This document shows positions 12,011 to 25,039 of a stretch of DNA of 64,000 bases, one piece after another. The stretch covers positions 33,854,001 to 33,918,000 of the forward strand of contig CM052817.1 in NCBI GenBank assembly GCA_028534125.1. The letters are read 5' to 3'. The notes under the pieces are model-generated. The model saw nothing but the letters and a program-made list of their open reading frames with translations, was not told where the DNA came from and did not search any database. Origin of the DNA: Lama glama (lineage: Eukaryota). Numbering within the stretch: the stretch's first letter is position 1; every line of letters begins with the position of its first letter. The position numbers were made by a program, and so were the translations under genes.

Positions 12011-12410
12011 TAACATCTCCTCGAGGCAGGTTCTGTCCTGTCAGACCATGAGGTCCCCAGAACGAGAGAAAACACTCAACTGTTAACAAGTCCCACCCAC
12101 CCTGTGCAGGAAACGAGACCCGGGCTTGCGGCTTCTTTCCAAAGACATGGTAATTGACAGTGAGGTCTGGTGAACTCGGCCCACGGACAGTCGGCAGGTG
12201 CACACGGTGTTCTGGCGCTCGGAGAACACTCACCTCACAGGAAAACAAGCTGCAGCTTGCAGGAGATGTTAGGCAGACACTTTCCACCTCTCCTACCTTT
12301 GCAAACAAGTTACTAGCAGTTTTACATTTTCCCTTAGGGGAATCAGTGCTGATTCACCTTGGCGCCTTTCTGGCACCAAGCCATCTAGTCCTGCTTACAG
12401 CTCCTTAGCT

Positions 12411-12549
12411 AAAAAAAGAGGAAAGGAAGGAAAGCAAGGAGGGAGGGAGGGAGGAAGGAAGGACAGAGGAAAAGAAAGGAAGAAAGGAAGGAAGGCAGGA
12501 AGGAAGAAAGAGAAAGGGAAAAGAAAGAAAGAGAGAGAGAGAAAAAAAT
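12411..12549 (+). repeat. Purine-rich (GGAA/GAAA/GA)n low-complexity tract
   Basis: Almost entirely A/G for about 140 bp. Confidence 0.95.
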
Positions 12550-13579
12550 ACTACCTTAAAGTCTTGCTACAAAACAGACTGAACCTCCCCTTAATAATAA
12601 CCTTTGATGAGTGAGTTCTTTGGGATCACATGTCTCTAAAGACTTTCAGTACTTTTTCTGACATTTCTGCTTCTTGTAGAGATTCAGAGGAAAAAGTGCT
12701 TGGCTGCATTAGTACATTAAGAAAAGGGTCTAAGCTTTCTTCACTATCATAATCTGCACTTTTCTTTCACTTCCTCCAAGGTTACTGGAAATCGAGGTTC
12801 AAGGGATTCAAGGCTTTCAAGTCACAGCCTAGAAAAGAGTGGCAATTTGTATGTTACACTCAACCCCAAGCTCCTGCATTTGAATCTGTCAAATAAAATT
12901 TCTTAATAGTAACAACAGCAGCTCACACACATTGAGGCACAGATCTGTGCCCTGATGAGCACCATCTCTCTTAACTTGAATCACCTTGATCCCCTCAGGG
13001 GCTCACCGTCCCAGCACTGGCTTCGACTGAGTAGGTTGGTCGGCCTAATTTCAGAATTCAACTTTTATGTGAACCACATTCTCCCATATCAGTAAAAGGG
13101 ATGCTGCCTTGCTCTTTTGTCTTATATCTCATGAGTTCCGCGCTTGGTCAGGGAAGGCAAGTGTAGGCTGTTGGGCTCTCTCTGACCCTAAGAGGAGCTT
13201 GGTTCACAGAGCTGCATTCCACATACTCACCACCCCCACAGCCTGTAGGATGGTCGCATCCTTTTCTCCATCACAGAAAACATGGTGTGTACCATTGTGA
13301 CCTCCCTGAGAACAGGAGCTGGGCAGGCGTTGGCCTCCCTGATAAGATAGAAAGTGAGGCCCACCAGCAGTCAGAGCTCACTGTGGATGGAAGGCCGGAC
13401 CTTGCATTTAGGAGAAAGCGGAGTTCAGAACCCACCAAGTCCCCGGTTCCCTCACACGGGGCTCATCGTCCGTGCTGCAGCTGACTGGTTCGGGGTGGGG
13501 GCCGGACCCAGGAGCAGTCCGTCTGCAGAGGTCGGAGGCCTGGTGCAAAGACAGCCACAGGGGCAGTGTCGTTATTAAA

Positions 13580-13752
13580 GATAACGACAATGACTACTGT
13601 TTATCAACCATTTACCATTTACCATGTACCAGGCAGTTCGCTAATTGCTTAACACTCATTATCTGACTTAGCCCCACTACATCAAGTAAGTTTTATTATC
13701 ACCATTTGTAGATATGGAAACTAAGTCACACAGGGAGGAAGAAAACTTGGCC
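13580..13752 (-). mobile_element. MIR SINE
   Basis: attatcaccatttgtagatatggaaactaagtcac. Confidence 0.75.
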
Positions 13753-13804
13753 AGAAGAGATAGAGATAGAAAGATCAGAGAGAGAGAGAGGTAATTCACA
13801 TGCA

Positions 13805-14028
13805 CAGTTGAACTTTGAACAACATGGGGGTTAGGGGCGCTGAGCCCCCATCCCCCAGTTGAAAATCCACACGTGAATTTACAGTCGTCCCTCCATATCC
13901 ATGGTTCCTCTGCATCTGCAGATTAGCCAACCACATATCATGTCCTACTAGAGTACGTATTTATGGAGAAAAATCTGCAATTAACAGGACCCACATAGTT
14001 CCAACTCGTGTTGTTCAAGGATCGACTG
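13805..14028. mobile_element. MER8-like Tigger MITE
   Basis: Terminal inverted repeats cagttgaactttgaacaaca / tgttgttcaaggatcgactg, followed by TA. Confidence 0.85.
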
Positions 14029-14039
14029 TAAAATGCAAT

Positions 14040-14250
14040 GTTGTGACTGTCAGCATGAGCTCAGGGACTAGAATGCCTGTACTTGAACTTGTTACGCTTG
14101 GACCTGATCTTCGGCACACCCCTAACCTAGGCCAATATGGCAGCTACTTCAAAGGATTGCTACCAAGTTTGGATGGGTTCATACTTGCAAACTTATAAAA
14201 GCTTATAAAAGTGCCTGGCACCTAATATATACGTTCAATAAATATTGGCA
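14040..14250 (+). mobile_element. MIR SINE
   Basis: gtgcctggcacctaat...ttcaataaatatt 3' end. Confidence 0.65.
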
Positions 14251-16113
14251 ATTAGGACCATTCCTTCTCCTCGCCCATAAATAACTCTGTGACATCACAT
14301 AACAGCAAAGTTGTCAAATCAAAAATGACTTTCCTAGGATGGCAATTATTATCATCATCATTATTATTATTTTATTATCTCTCAAGTGCATGATGGATGG
14401 ACAATATTTCTTTCCATGAAGAGGGAGCTCCACGTGTGTTACCCTGGGGTCACCCCTCTGCCTACTCACTTCCTCCTCCCTATTCGTTCATTCGATGAAT
14501 ATTTATTGAACACCTTTCCTGTGCCAGGTAGCTTTCCAAAGTATTGGGAACATAGCTGCAAACAAACTGCTGCAGGAAAAAAATTGTGAACAAAATCCCT
14601 GCCCTCATGGAACCTGTCTTCAAAAGAATGATGTATTTCCCGCATGTTCTCATTTTTCTTCGTATTTTGATGCCCTTCTGCTGTACTTCTTCTGAATCTG
14701 GATCTGGGCACTGTCCCCTTGACACAGTTTCACAGGACTACATTGGAAAAGAGATGTGAAGAAAGACGTCATCTGATTGGTCCTTCTGGAAGATGACGCT
14801 TGGGGCCCGGCTCCTATCTCTTCCGCAGGGACACAGACACTTCTGTGCTCCTGCACACTTGTCAGCTTCAGATGGGCCACATCTGTGGTCATCCAGGCTT
14901 GTCCATGACTGAGTGAGCTGATTGCCTAATTCTGGAATCTAGTCTCAAAATACCCAACTGCTTGCATATGTAAGCCACATTCTCCAATATTAGCTTTATC
15001 AGTGAAAAAAAGATTTCATTACCTGGCTGCCTTATGCTTTTGTCTGACTTCTCAAATGGCTCAGAAGTTGATCATGGAAGAGGAACTCTGTTTACTGGGC
15101 TCTCTCAATTTCCACCAAAGCTTCCCTTGGACCGCTGTGCTCTGTACACACAGCAGGCACTATTTAATACATAGTTAATGGGCAACTTCATATCCAGCAT
15201 CAGTCAAGGACTGATGAAAGTTCGTTACAAAATAACTGGCAAGAAAATCTCTCTTATCTAGAGGAGAACTCTAAATGGTTTAATTTACTGAGCCAGGCAT
15301 AAAAGCATCGGGGAATCAAAGGTGTGCTTAAAAACTTGAGTGGGTGTTTTCTGTTGCCTGTTTATAGTGAATGATGAGCATTACTCAACAGTTAATGGCA
15401 GACATTAGATTGTAATTATACATTAATTATAATGCATATGCTTAAATGCAAACTTGTTTTATATGAATGCACACTGCTTACAGTCATTCCTAGTTTCAGT
15501 TTTATAGCACACAAGGAATCTTGGCTTAGCTCAAGAGGGCATGACCAACCTTCATTTCTAAAACTCAATTCATATCAATGTACTTCAGTATGAAAAAGAC
15601 AAGATCATCTACATGGCACATTGGTAGTGGAAGATGGACTAGAAACATGGAAATTGTGTCCAAAAATGAAAGGGAAATATTTTCTGATCTTCAAATTGGA
15701 AGGTTTGACTCCTTGATCTGATCTTCAAAATCTTTTTTATTCATATTTCTACAAATCCCTAAGCTTCATAGGTGTTTGTCTAGCCAAACCAAACAAGATA
15801 AGTTTTTCTTACAAACCAGCTGCTTTCATCCAGCTTAGAATCACACATTCCAGGGTAGCAAAAATGAACACCAAAGAGTGACCTAATTCTAAAGCCTTTT
15901 ACAGTCACAGAAATATTGTGTTATCCAACATTTTTTAAAAAGAAATACTGATTTAAGAGCATATAAAATATTCCTTTATTTAATTCAAAGAATTCAGTGC
16001 AGTCACCATGGTTACAGGTTGACTTACAGTTTGCCAGACTTCAGTTTGTGTCCCACACAAGTCCTACCATTAACTTTCCCTACGTCCTCCTCTCGGGCTT
16101 GCCTCAGTCTTAC

Positions 16114-16226
16114 CTTTCTCCACAATGCTCCTTCAATATTCCCATCTTCAACTTGACCCGCCTGATCAGACCTGCTGATCCAACTCTGAAGCCCTCTCGG
16201 CAGCCCTCTGTGATCAGGCTTCTTTT
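16114..16226 (-). ncRNA. Candidate internal exon (113 nt) of a probably non-coding minus-strand transcript
   Basis: Minus strand reads tttttgttctccag|AAAAGAAG...GAGAAAG|gtaaga; no recognisable protein in any frame. Confidence 0.3.
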
Positions 16227-16719
16227 CTGGAGAACAAAAATTTTCTTCAAGCTAATGGAGGTGATAGTAGTGACAAGCTAGAGCCATTTGTTTACGTGTT
16301 CACCTTATTCAACAAACTTTTCTGATCCCCAGGTATATTGAAAAGACCATGGTGTAAGGATGACCAAGGCACTCTCCGGTCCAAGGTGCTCAGAAATGAG
16401 GTAAGGCTCCGTAGTATCTGAGAGGCTTCCTACCACTTCCTCTTCCTGTACCCACGGCAGACACTGATAATCAATCACAGCATTTCTTTCCACACTGAAC
16501 TCAGACTCAACATCACAGTCCATTTCAACCCAGTGCTCTAAGAAGCTACCATCAGTGAACTGGATCCAACATCTGAGATCCAAGGAAGTGTATTTACCAT
16601 GCCCAGAATCAGACGTGAGATAGAGGGTCGGATTGGAGAGGAATAATAGATTATCCCAGGCAGACTCTTCGGAGCAAGATCTGGTTAAAGCAGGCTTCTT
16701 GATTCGTGGAAGCTGACAC

Positions 16720-16940
16720 GTAAGCATCAGTACAGCCAGTTCTCATCACACCAGGCACCATGCTAAGTGAGCTCATGCAACAACTCATGTGACCCTCATG
16801 ACAATCCTCTGAGGTCAGTGCCGCCATTATCTCCAGTTTGAAGAAGAGAAAACCTATCTACAGCAAGGCTACATCACACACCCCAAGTCTCACAACTGGA
16901 GTGATGAAGCACGTGAGTACGAAGTTAGGCTAACTCAAGA
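16720..16940 (-). mobile_element. MIR SINE
   Basis: ccaggcaccatgctaagtg...acaatcctctgaggt...attatctccagttt. Confidence 0.75.
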
Positions 16941-17199
16941 GCAACGCAAGTTTCAAAGTGGAGCATGAGCCACTGGGACATCTAGCTTCTCTATCTCTAC
17001 ATTCATTTTTTGTGCAAAAACAAAACATGTATTATGCAGTAAACATGTCACTGGCACCCTCAGTTTGAATGTCAAACGGGCACTTGTCACACACAGTGTG
17101 GGAGACACCCCATAGGTGGAGAGCCGTTATCCAAGGCAGAGGGTTGGCCATGGTGCCCTCTTTCTTCCACCCTCTTTAGCTCCCGAGAGTAAACTGTTC

Positions 17200-18266
17200 A
17201 TACTGCCTGGTTGCTATGTGGTCCTAGACAGGAGACTCAGGAGTCCTTTCTATTGAGATGGATGAAAATGTTTTGAACCACCAGAGTTGCACATGTTGTC
17301 TTATGAAAAAGTTCTGAACAGACTTGTCAAACTTAAAGATGAGTTCCACATTTTTTTTATAAGAACAAAGTGTTTCATATTTCAGACCTTTACTAGGATG
17401 ACAAATAGTACCAAGTAGATATTTTTGAGAAAATAAACACTTCATCTGTCCCCTCAAGGTAAAGGTAACATTTTAATCAGTCACAAAGTCTTTCTAAAGA
17501 AACTTATATATGAAAAGAGCATTTTGAAAATGGTTTGAATTTTTCATCTGTTGGCACAGTGTAAGTGTGCTACATGTCAGCAGTCTTTAGAAGTTGAAAA
17601 TATAATTTTTAACCTGTCTAAAGGGCTTCCAAACAAAGAGTTTCAGTGGGTTTTGAGCTGTTCGTTAAAAATGCTAACAGTATAAGGACAGCGCAAGATT
17701 ATTTTGTAAGAACAACTGATAGACGTCAAGGAAGATAAAAATTTCCCAGCCAAATTTCAACAAAATTTACATAATTTACAAATGAGATTAAAAAAAAACC
17801 TATCATGATGTATTAATTCCAGCCAAGGGTGCATTTCTGCTTTTAGTCTCTGTGTCCCCTGGTGAGGAACTTTTTCAGTTTTGACAGTCTTGAAAACCAA
17901 GATTTGAACTCCTTTGCTCTACTTTAGAATCAGCTAGAGTCAGATCATCAAACTGTTTTCTCATAATGGATTAAACCAAGATTTACTGAACCACTGCTTT
18001 TGCTAAAACGTATTCATTCTTTTTGATGAAAGCAAAATATTTTGCACTGTTAAAAAATAAAATTAAAATCAGTGTAAGAATACTACTTCATCATTTATCT
18101 CCCTTTGCAAGTTGTCCTTTTGTTGTTGTTGTTTTTACTCTACAGAACACACTGGCAGGGTAGTCCATGTAGGCAATTTAAACACAGATACAAATATGTT
18201 GGCAGTGCGCTTAACATCTTTTTAATTAAAGCCATACAGCCAAAACAGAATTTGGGGAACCTGCTG
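17200..18266 (+). mobile_element. Decayed Charlie (hAT) transposon, transposase C-terminal region
   Basis: tttcagtgggttttgag, gaacaactgatagacgtcaaggaagat and gtgaggaactttttcagttttgacagtcttgaaaaccaag resemble the hATC-type CE..FS....KTK region. Confidence 0.65.
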
Positions 18267-18779
18267 TAATATTCCCTGCAGCTTTGAGACACGCAGTCAG
18301 TGAAAGGGACTGGAGTCACCGAAGAGCATCAGGCAGCCCTCAGCCTTACGTACTCACCTGTATGAAGGCTGATTCCGTTTTATAGATTGAATCTAATTGT
18401 GTTTCGCTATCAGATTAGAAACCAAGACCTCAGATCTCTCCCCAATGGCCAGAGGCCCTCAAATTGCCCAGGGTAATCCCACAGGTTGACTGTGTCCAGG
18501 TCCTTCTCAGTAGGCGGCTGGGCTTGAGAAGGAAAACTCAGGAGAGGAGCCCCATTTCCTCCTAGACCCTCACCCTGGCTCCCTGAGCTGGTAGCGGTGA
18601 CCCTAACCCTGCATTGCCCCAGCCCAGCTCATTGTGGTCCCTGGCCACGTTCTCCTCCTGCCACCAAGGCTAAGAGCCTGCCCTGTCCCTCCCTTCTGTC
18701 AGCACAGATAATCCAGGTGTCCACAGAGGAATGAATCAGGAAGAATTAATCACCCCCTCACAGTTTAACGGCTGAAGGG

Positions 18780-19250
18780 GAAGATCGTCTAGAGCCTCAC
18801 GGATCACGCGGAGCTATTTGAACACGACCGGCTCTGGGCACACCGTCTGGAGTCGGAGTCATCTTCTCTCTCCCTCCTCTTTCCCCTCTTTCTCTGTGGG
18901 GTTTGGACGCCTCACCCTCCCAGGAGTCAACCCCCTCCATCCCGAGGCTTGTTTGGGGGCCTGATGACAGCAGGCGCTCGTCTCCGCAGGCAACTAGCAA
19001 AACTGACTTTCTACCTGGAAGGCTTTCTTCGATCCGTCCCCACTGAGGCCGGTGTAGGTGGTCTTCGGGTGTCTCACTGCAGTTCACGAACGGAGAGCCT
19101 GAGCGCTCAGGCCCGCTCGGAGGCCTTTGTTAACCTTGCAGTCTGCACACACCTCCCGTCCCATCAGCTCTTTTCCCTCTGGTTCCAGGACTTGTCCTCA
19201 GTTTACAGGGACCCTTTCCCAAGGCCCCGCCTCTCTGGACCCCAGTCTTC
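18780..19250. promoter_or_regulatory. CpG-enriched patch, possible weak promoter or enhancer
   Basis: Many CG dinucleotides in unique sequence against a CpG-depleted background. Confidence 0.4.
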
Positions 19251-19382
19251 TTCCCCAATCTGGTTTTTTCCTTCCCACTTCTTTCTCCTGTCTCAGAAGA
19301 ACCTTAGGCTAAAAGGAATTTGTTCTTTGGGGATAGTGGCAGTTGACTTAAAAGCATGAATAGCTTTTCCTATTTCTCTTTT

Positions 19383-19483
19383 ATTGTTTTCTCTTTTATA
19401 TTTAATGGAGGTACTGCGGATTGAACCCAGGACCTCGTGCATGCTCAGCATGCACTCTACCACAGAGCTATTTCCCTCTGCAA
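19383..19483 (-). mobile_element. tRNA-derived camelid SINE (vic-1-like)
   Basis: ggaggtactgcggattgaacccaggacctcgtgcatgctcagcatgcactctaccacagagcta; TSD-like ctatttctctttt / ctgtttctctttt. Confidence 0.88.
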
Positions 19484-19504
19484 CTCTGTTTCTCTTTTGA
19501 AAAC

Positions 19505-19760
19505 AAGTTCTTAGAGAATAAGCAAACCAAATCTGAGGTGATAGAAGCCAGAAGAGAGGTCATGGCTGGGGGCTGGGGGTGGAGGGGACTGTCTTAGGAG
19601 CCAGATGGGAATCTTCTAGGGAAATAGAAATGTTCTTTCACTCCACCTGGGTCATCACAACACAGGCGCACCTATGCTAAAAATTCATGGAGCTGTGCGC
19701 CCCAGATTTGTGCCCTTGACAGTGTTAAAATTATTTCAAATTTTAAAAGGAAAGTAAAAA
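19505..19760 (+). mobile_element. Old L1 (L1MC/ME-like) 3' end
   Basis: gtgatagaagccagaagagaggt...gaaatgttct...aaaattcatggagctgt. Confidence 0.65.
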
Positions 19761-19989
19761 TACAATAAGCTGTGTTCTTCAGGGTGTGGGTGTTCCAAAG
19801 CTGGGAATGTGCTCAGACAGGAGGTGCATAAAGTCACATGGACCTGTCAGCACCGAGCAGGCACCTTACTTCCTACCTGACACACCCCCACCCAGGTTTG
19901 CTGGGCTCCATGGAAATTGCTGGATGGACTCAGCCGAGACTGACCCCGAGCAGAGCCCAGAATCTGAAATATTCGTTCTGAACACGATT

Positions 19990-20180
19990 GTAAACCAGAC
20001 AATGCCCACTGCTCTATGCACAGGATCTCATTTAATCCCCACAATAATCCTGTGGTAGGGGGGTGTTGTGCCTGTTACACAGATGAGGAACCTGAACCCC
20101 CAAGGCTGGGTAGGTGGTCCCGGGTCACAGAGGTCATCATGGAACAAGCTGATGCCCTCTTCACAGCCCCACAGCACTGG
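19990..20180 (-). mobile_element. MIR SINE
   Basis: atctcatttaatccccacaataatcctgtg...acagatgaggaacctga. Confidence 0.8.
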
Positions 20181-20867
20181 CCTCTCAATCGGAATGTCCT
20201 TTGTGGGTAATTTTTTTTCTTCCGTTCCAAAAAGTGACTATTTTTCTTTGCTGATTGGGTGTTTCATTCCTTATGCTCTATTGTGACAACAGAAAAGTGA
20301 CATCTTGATTGACCACAGGTTCCCTGAGAAACGTTGCTCTGGGGACTTTGCCCTTCTTCTCACCAATCTAGAAAAATGGAATTAAAAAGTCTCTAATTTA
20401 GTGTCCAAGACAGGAGTCTTGCCCTGCAGTGGCTCCCCTCCAGTTCTCTGCAGCAGTTGGCAGCCAGCACCTGAGGATTTTCCTCGGCATTTCTGATCCC
20501 TTGGGAGAGGATGCTTTAAATTTTTAAGGTGTAAGTGAATAGCGGCGAAACCAAACCTTCTCAGAGTGATCTACACTGGCGCCTATATGTAGCTGCTCTT
20601 CAGGTGCTGTGGTGTTTGGATCCTGCACACAAGTCAGCAGAGTCCATCCTGTTCTCCCTGTGAACAGAATGCGATGCTCTGAATCGTCAGGCAGCCTCTG
20701 GTATATTGGGTAGAGCACAGCTGTGGCATCCTAGAGCCTGTTCTGCATCCTGCTCTGCCTCTTGGTATTCACGAGTCCTTAAGCAAATTCCTTAACTTCT
20801 CTGAGCCTCATTTCCCTCATTTGTAAAATGAAGATGGTTACTGAAACAAACAATAACAATGCTTTGT

Positions 20868-21083
20868 CCAGTCATATCCTCGGGGGATGGGCTCCCCCTC
20901 CCACGTCTCCCTGCATAAACAAAGATCTCAGGTGCTCAAGCCCCAGAGTTGGCCCTCCAGATCTGCGATTCCTCATCCAAAGAGGGTTCAACCTCTCTAG
21001 TGCTGTACGTATTTATTGAAAAAAAATCTGCCTTTAAGAGAACCAGCACAGTTCTAACCTATGTTGTTCAAGGGCCAGCTGTA
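20868..21083. mobile_element. Tigger-family MITE (MER8/MER2-like)
   Basis: 3' end gtacgtatttattgaaaaaaaatctgc...tgttgttcaagggccagctgta is shared with the 13805 element. Confidence 0.75.
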
Positions 21084-21084
21084 C

Positions 21085-21300
21085 TCGTAATTCTGTTCTA
21101 TGTGCCTATATTTTTGTGCTGAGCACTTTTCATACCCGGACTCATTTACAACATTCTTACAACCACTGTATGAACTCAGAATTGCTGATATCCTCTGTTC
21201 ACAGATTAACAAACTGAGGCAGACACTCATATTAAGTTGTGGAGTCAGGATTTAATTCGATCTGCCTGATCCAGAGCCTAATGTCCTAACTCCCATGCTT
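21085..21300 (-). mobile_element. MIR SINE
   Basis: gtgctgagcactttc...acagattaacaaactgaggc...ggagtcaggattt. Confidence 0.75.
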
Positions 21301-22449
21301 CTCCTAGTCCCACTGCAGAATGTCGCTGTGAGGTATTTTTAATATTCGTGGCAGAACTTTGTAAACAATAAAGTGAAATAAAAATATTAATACCATTATT
21401 ATTATTTTAATTACATGCAAGGAGAGTTAGAAATAAGAGACACAGTCCATGCCTTTGAGAAATGTAGAGACTCAAAGGTTAGAAAACACACACATATACA
21501 TACACCAAAATATAAACTAAAAATGCCCAACTGTGTCAAGCACACAACCAACAAAAACTGTGCAGGGAAATAGTACACGTGCCCAGAGGATGCTGGAATC
21601 TCCAGAGCATCTGGAGCCAAACGGCGCTCATGGGAAGATACCTCCCAGGAGTAGGCTGCTGTCTAACCGAGGGGAGAGAAGCACTCCGGGTTACAGGTAA
21701 CTCCTGCTACACTCCAGGGGGATCTGGGCTTGGAGCCAACAGCACAGGCTGCCAGGGTAAGGAAGAGAACAAAAGTCAAGTGTGGCGCTCAGGGAGAGGC
21801 AGCAGAGAGGTGAGAGAGGTACTTGCCGGGGGCCTGTGAGACCACGTTATCTAAGGCCCTAATTGGATTTGCAACCCTGTAATGAGCCACTGGGAGTGTC
21901 TGACAAGAGGCGTGATGGGGTTCAAAATACATCAGAGGAAGGCACACCGAAAAGGCTGGTGAAGAAAACAGCCCAAGGCGAGGAGTGTGTTACTAATAAT
22001 TCAGGGACAAGATGGACATGCTTCCGGAGAGGAAAGAAATCTGCGATGGTTTGGGGAACTCTTAAAGAAGAATCCCCTGCAGGAACGTGGCCCCTTGAAG
22101 TCTGGACGGTAGTCTGTCAGAGCCAGCACAAGCACAGCCTTCCCGCTACCTGGCTGTCCTGGCGTAGCAGGCATACCATGCATATTTGTTGCCTAACCAG
22201 AGGTACAGAAGGACAGAATGGTTACAGGATGCAAGACAAAAAGACAGTCACTAATTACTACTGAGGGACCAGGACACTGGAGGGACCAATGATGATGATG
22301 TAACAGTGAACAGGTGACATTCAGGAAAGAAATGATCTCAGGTAAATTTGGAAGTGGCAGATATATCTGGAGAGTCTTGGCTAGAAACAAGATACATGGT
22401 TCAGAAAATGTGAGAAAGCAGGACTAGACATCTTTGGTGGACAAGTGGG

Positions 22450-22800
22450 TATTGGTTAAGATTCTAGTTTTCAAGCAACAGAAACTTACATTAGCTGATT
22501 TAGATAGAAGCTGATTTACTGAAATGATAGTTCTAAATCACCAAGTCACTGGGGAGTTTGGTGCATCAGGCAAAGAACATCTTAGATTCCTGACCCTCAG
22601 GGTGCTGGGCATTGGGCATCCCCATTAACCCCCATGGTACCGCTGCCCCTGTAGACAGGTTGATACTGCCACCCCCTCTACCCAAGAAGAAGCCTTCCCT
22701 TCCCTTGATTTCTGCATCACAGAATCCCAGGAGCTGCATCTAACGGGCAGAACCTAAGTCATTACCACACCCCAGCAGCAAGAGAAGCCAAGATGGTCCG
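22450..22800 (-). mobile_element. Old MaLR (MLT1-type) LTR fragment
   Basis: tattggttaagattctagttttcaagcaacagaaac is typical of an old MLT1 antisense end. Confidence 0.55.
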
Positions 22801-23779
22801 GGAGCCTCTATAGCAGGGAAGGGTCTTGCTTTTCCTAGGATGGCTGCGGCGGGGAAGGTGGTTTAGACTCGGCAGCCCACACCACACGTGTATTTCAGAA
22901 AGGCGAGGGGACAGTGGTGCAGTCAGAGCCGGCAGTGCCTGGGTTCGTCCCTCAAGAGAGTAGGTAGGTGCTGCTGCGCTAGACCTGCCCCTCAATACTT
23001 GCAGACTCTCTCCCTTCAGCTGCAATCTAATGCCTGTAACTGAGACATCTGTTTACAGTAAGAGACTGTTCCACTTTAAAATGCAAATATCCCTGGAAAG
23101 AAATACACATCACTTTGTTGTCACTTTTAAATTTTGGTGCATTCACTTTCAGGGCTGAGGGTTAGAAACTGGCCCAGAAGGTTGGCAGGGCTCCGGACCA
23201 AATATAAATCCCTTGTAAAGATTTGTAGCCAGTCTTGCTTGGGGTTCCCCCTACCTTCCGCCACAACGCTCCATTATCAGGTTTTTTTTTAACTCAGGGG
23301 CTCTCAGGAGCCTGATCAATTTGTGACAACACGACCAGCATGGTAAGTGCTTTGATGAGACAGAAATGATGGAGTGGAGAGAAAAGGAGGTTCGTTTTCT
23401 TTGTTGCTCCTCCCATGCATGACGCCCCGAGGATGGGGCTCGATTCCCATTTCCAGATGCTGATCCTGGGGCTGGGGGATGTGACGTGCCCAAGGCCACA
23501 CTGCTGGGATGGGGCAGAGATAGGTTTCAAAACCAGTTCTGTTGGTCTCCAAAGCCTGACAGCTCCCCCCACACTACGTTCGTTATCTCCCCACGAAAGG
23601 AGAGGAGACCTGAGTACCAAAGAGTGGGGGGAATTCGCACCTGCAGTCCCATGGATGAAAGCTGTCTGGGGGTATCCCGGGACTGATGTGCTGGGTTTCT
23701 CTGGGGGACGGTGTGCAGGAAGAAGGGGGAGAGGAAGCCACACCAGAAAACTAACTCCTGCTTTGTGACGTCACCAGCA

Positions 23780-24110
23780 CATAGACGCTTTTCTCAGGCA
23801 CCTTTTGTTTGCAAATAACAGAGACCCAACTTAACTGATGGAAATGGAAATCGCTGGGTCATGAGTACAGAAAATGTGCTAAGAGCTCTCTTAATCTCTC
23901 CCTGCCTCTCAGCTTAGCTTTCCTCTGTCCACCTCAGTGCCAGACAGCCTGTCCCCGTGTGGTGGCAGAGCTGGCCAGCCACAGTTCTAGACTCAGTTTT
24001 CACCAGCCAATCACTCCCTGCACCACCAGCTGAAACAGCAGGTCTCTAAGGGCTGCAGTGTCTGGATTGTGCAGATCTGGCGTTCACGCCTGTCTCTGCA
24101 GCCAAAGATT
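23780..24110 (-). mobile_element. Old MaLR (MLT1-type) LTR fragment
   Basis: tttgtttgcaaataacagagacccaact...ctctcagcttagctttcctctgt. Confidence 0.55.
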
Positions 24111-24209
24111 CATCACTTCATCTTCCTACGGAACCTGAAAATGGCCCCCCACAGGAGCACCGAAGGGCTGGCACCACAGGCAGGGACGCTGGAGAGGCCA
24201 AGCTACCAA

Positions 24210-24375
24210 AACCCACTAGGATGTAAGCTTCGTAAAGACAGGGAGTTGATTTTTGTCTTGTTTTTAATTTGCTTTTTTCACTGATGGCTCCCCAGGGCTT
24301 CAAACAGGGCTGAGCACATGGTCAGCAAACTCGATAAACACTCATTGAACAAATGATGGAATAACTGAATAAATG
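24210..24375 (+). mobile_element. L2 3' end
   Basis: ctaggatgtaagcttcgtaaagacaggga...attgaacaaatgatggaataactgaat. Confidence 0.75.
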
Positions 24376-25039
24376 TCCTTACAGACCATGATGCCAGGCG
24401 ATGTGAGAGTGGGCACACTGTGCTTACGGATGAGCATGGAGAACAGAACCTCTGGTCCTTCAGTTGAGTCATGTGTCGGTGAACAAATGTGTCACTGCAT
24501 TGTTGGTGTTCAGAGCATGCCAATCACAGAGCTAAATGGAGCCCTGGAACGCCAGGTTCTAATAAGAGCAGAGCTTTACAGTCTGGCTGCTCCCAATCCT
24601 CCTCGTGTGAAGGATGATGTGTCCCTTCCTCTTACAGGGTTGTGTCTACAAGATCGATGTGCCTCAGGCTTTGCTGCCCTTTCTCCGCATGTTCCCCTTG
24701 CGAAGCAGAAAGCCAGGGTGGTGATACCACTCACTTGGAATTCATGGCACTGGTCTGGTGGGAGCCTAGGAGGTGGCATTCTAGAATAACCAGTCAATTG
24801 CTGTTAACCAAGTCTTACTTTCTCTCTCATCAACATGCTAACCCAGTGCCCCAGAATTTACTTTGGGGCTCACAGGTACCTCAAATCCCCCAAATTACTC
24901 CCCACTCTCATTAGTCCCATTCGGTTTTCCCCAGCATGTTGGACTTTTTGCACCAAAAAGGATGTGCTCAGTCAAACTCGAATTCCTCCTTAAAAAAAAA
25001 AAAAAGCTGCATAGACGTCGGATCTGGAAACACTTTCAG

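Noticed and set aside
11730..12308. Longest ORF (192 aa, minus strand)
   Set aside because: Runs through the L2-derived right arm of the inverted repeat, begins at a non-ATG codon and resembles no known protein.
16305..16727. 140-aa minus-strand ORF in mostly unique sequence
   Set aside because: No recognisable domain and no supporting gene structure; ORFs of this length arise by chance in 64 kb.
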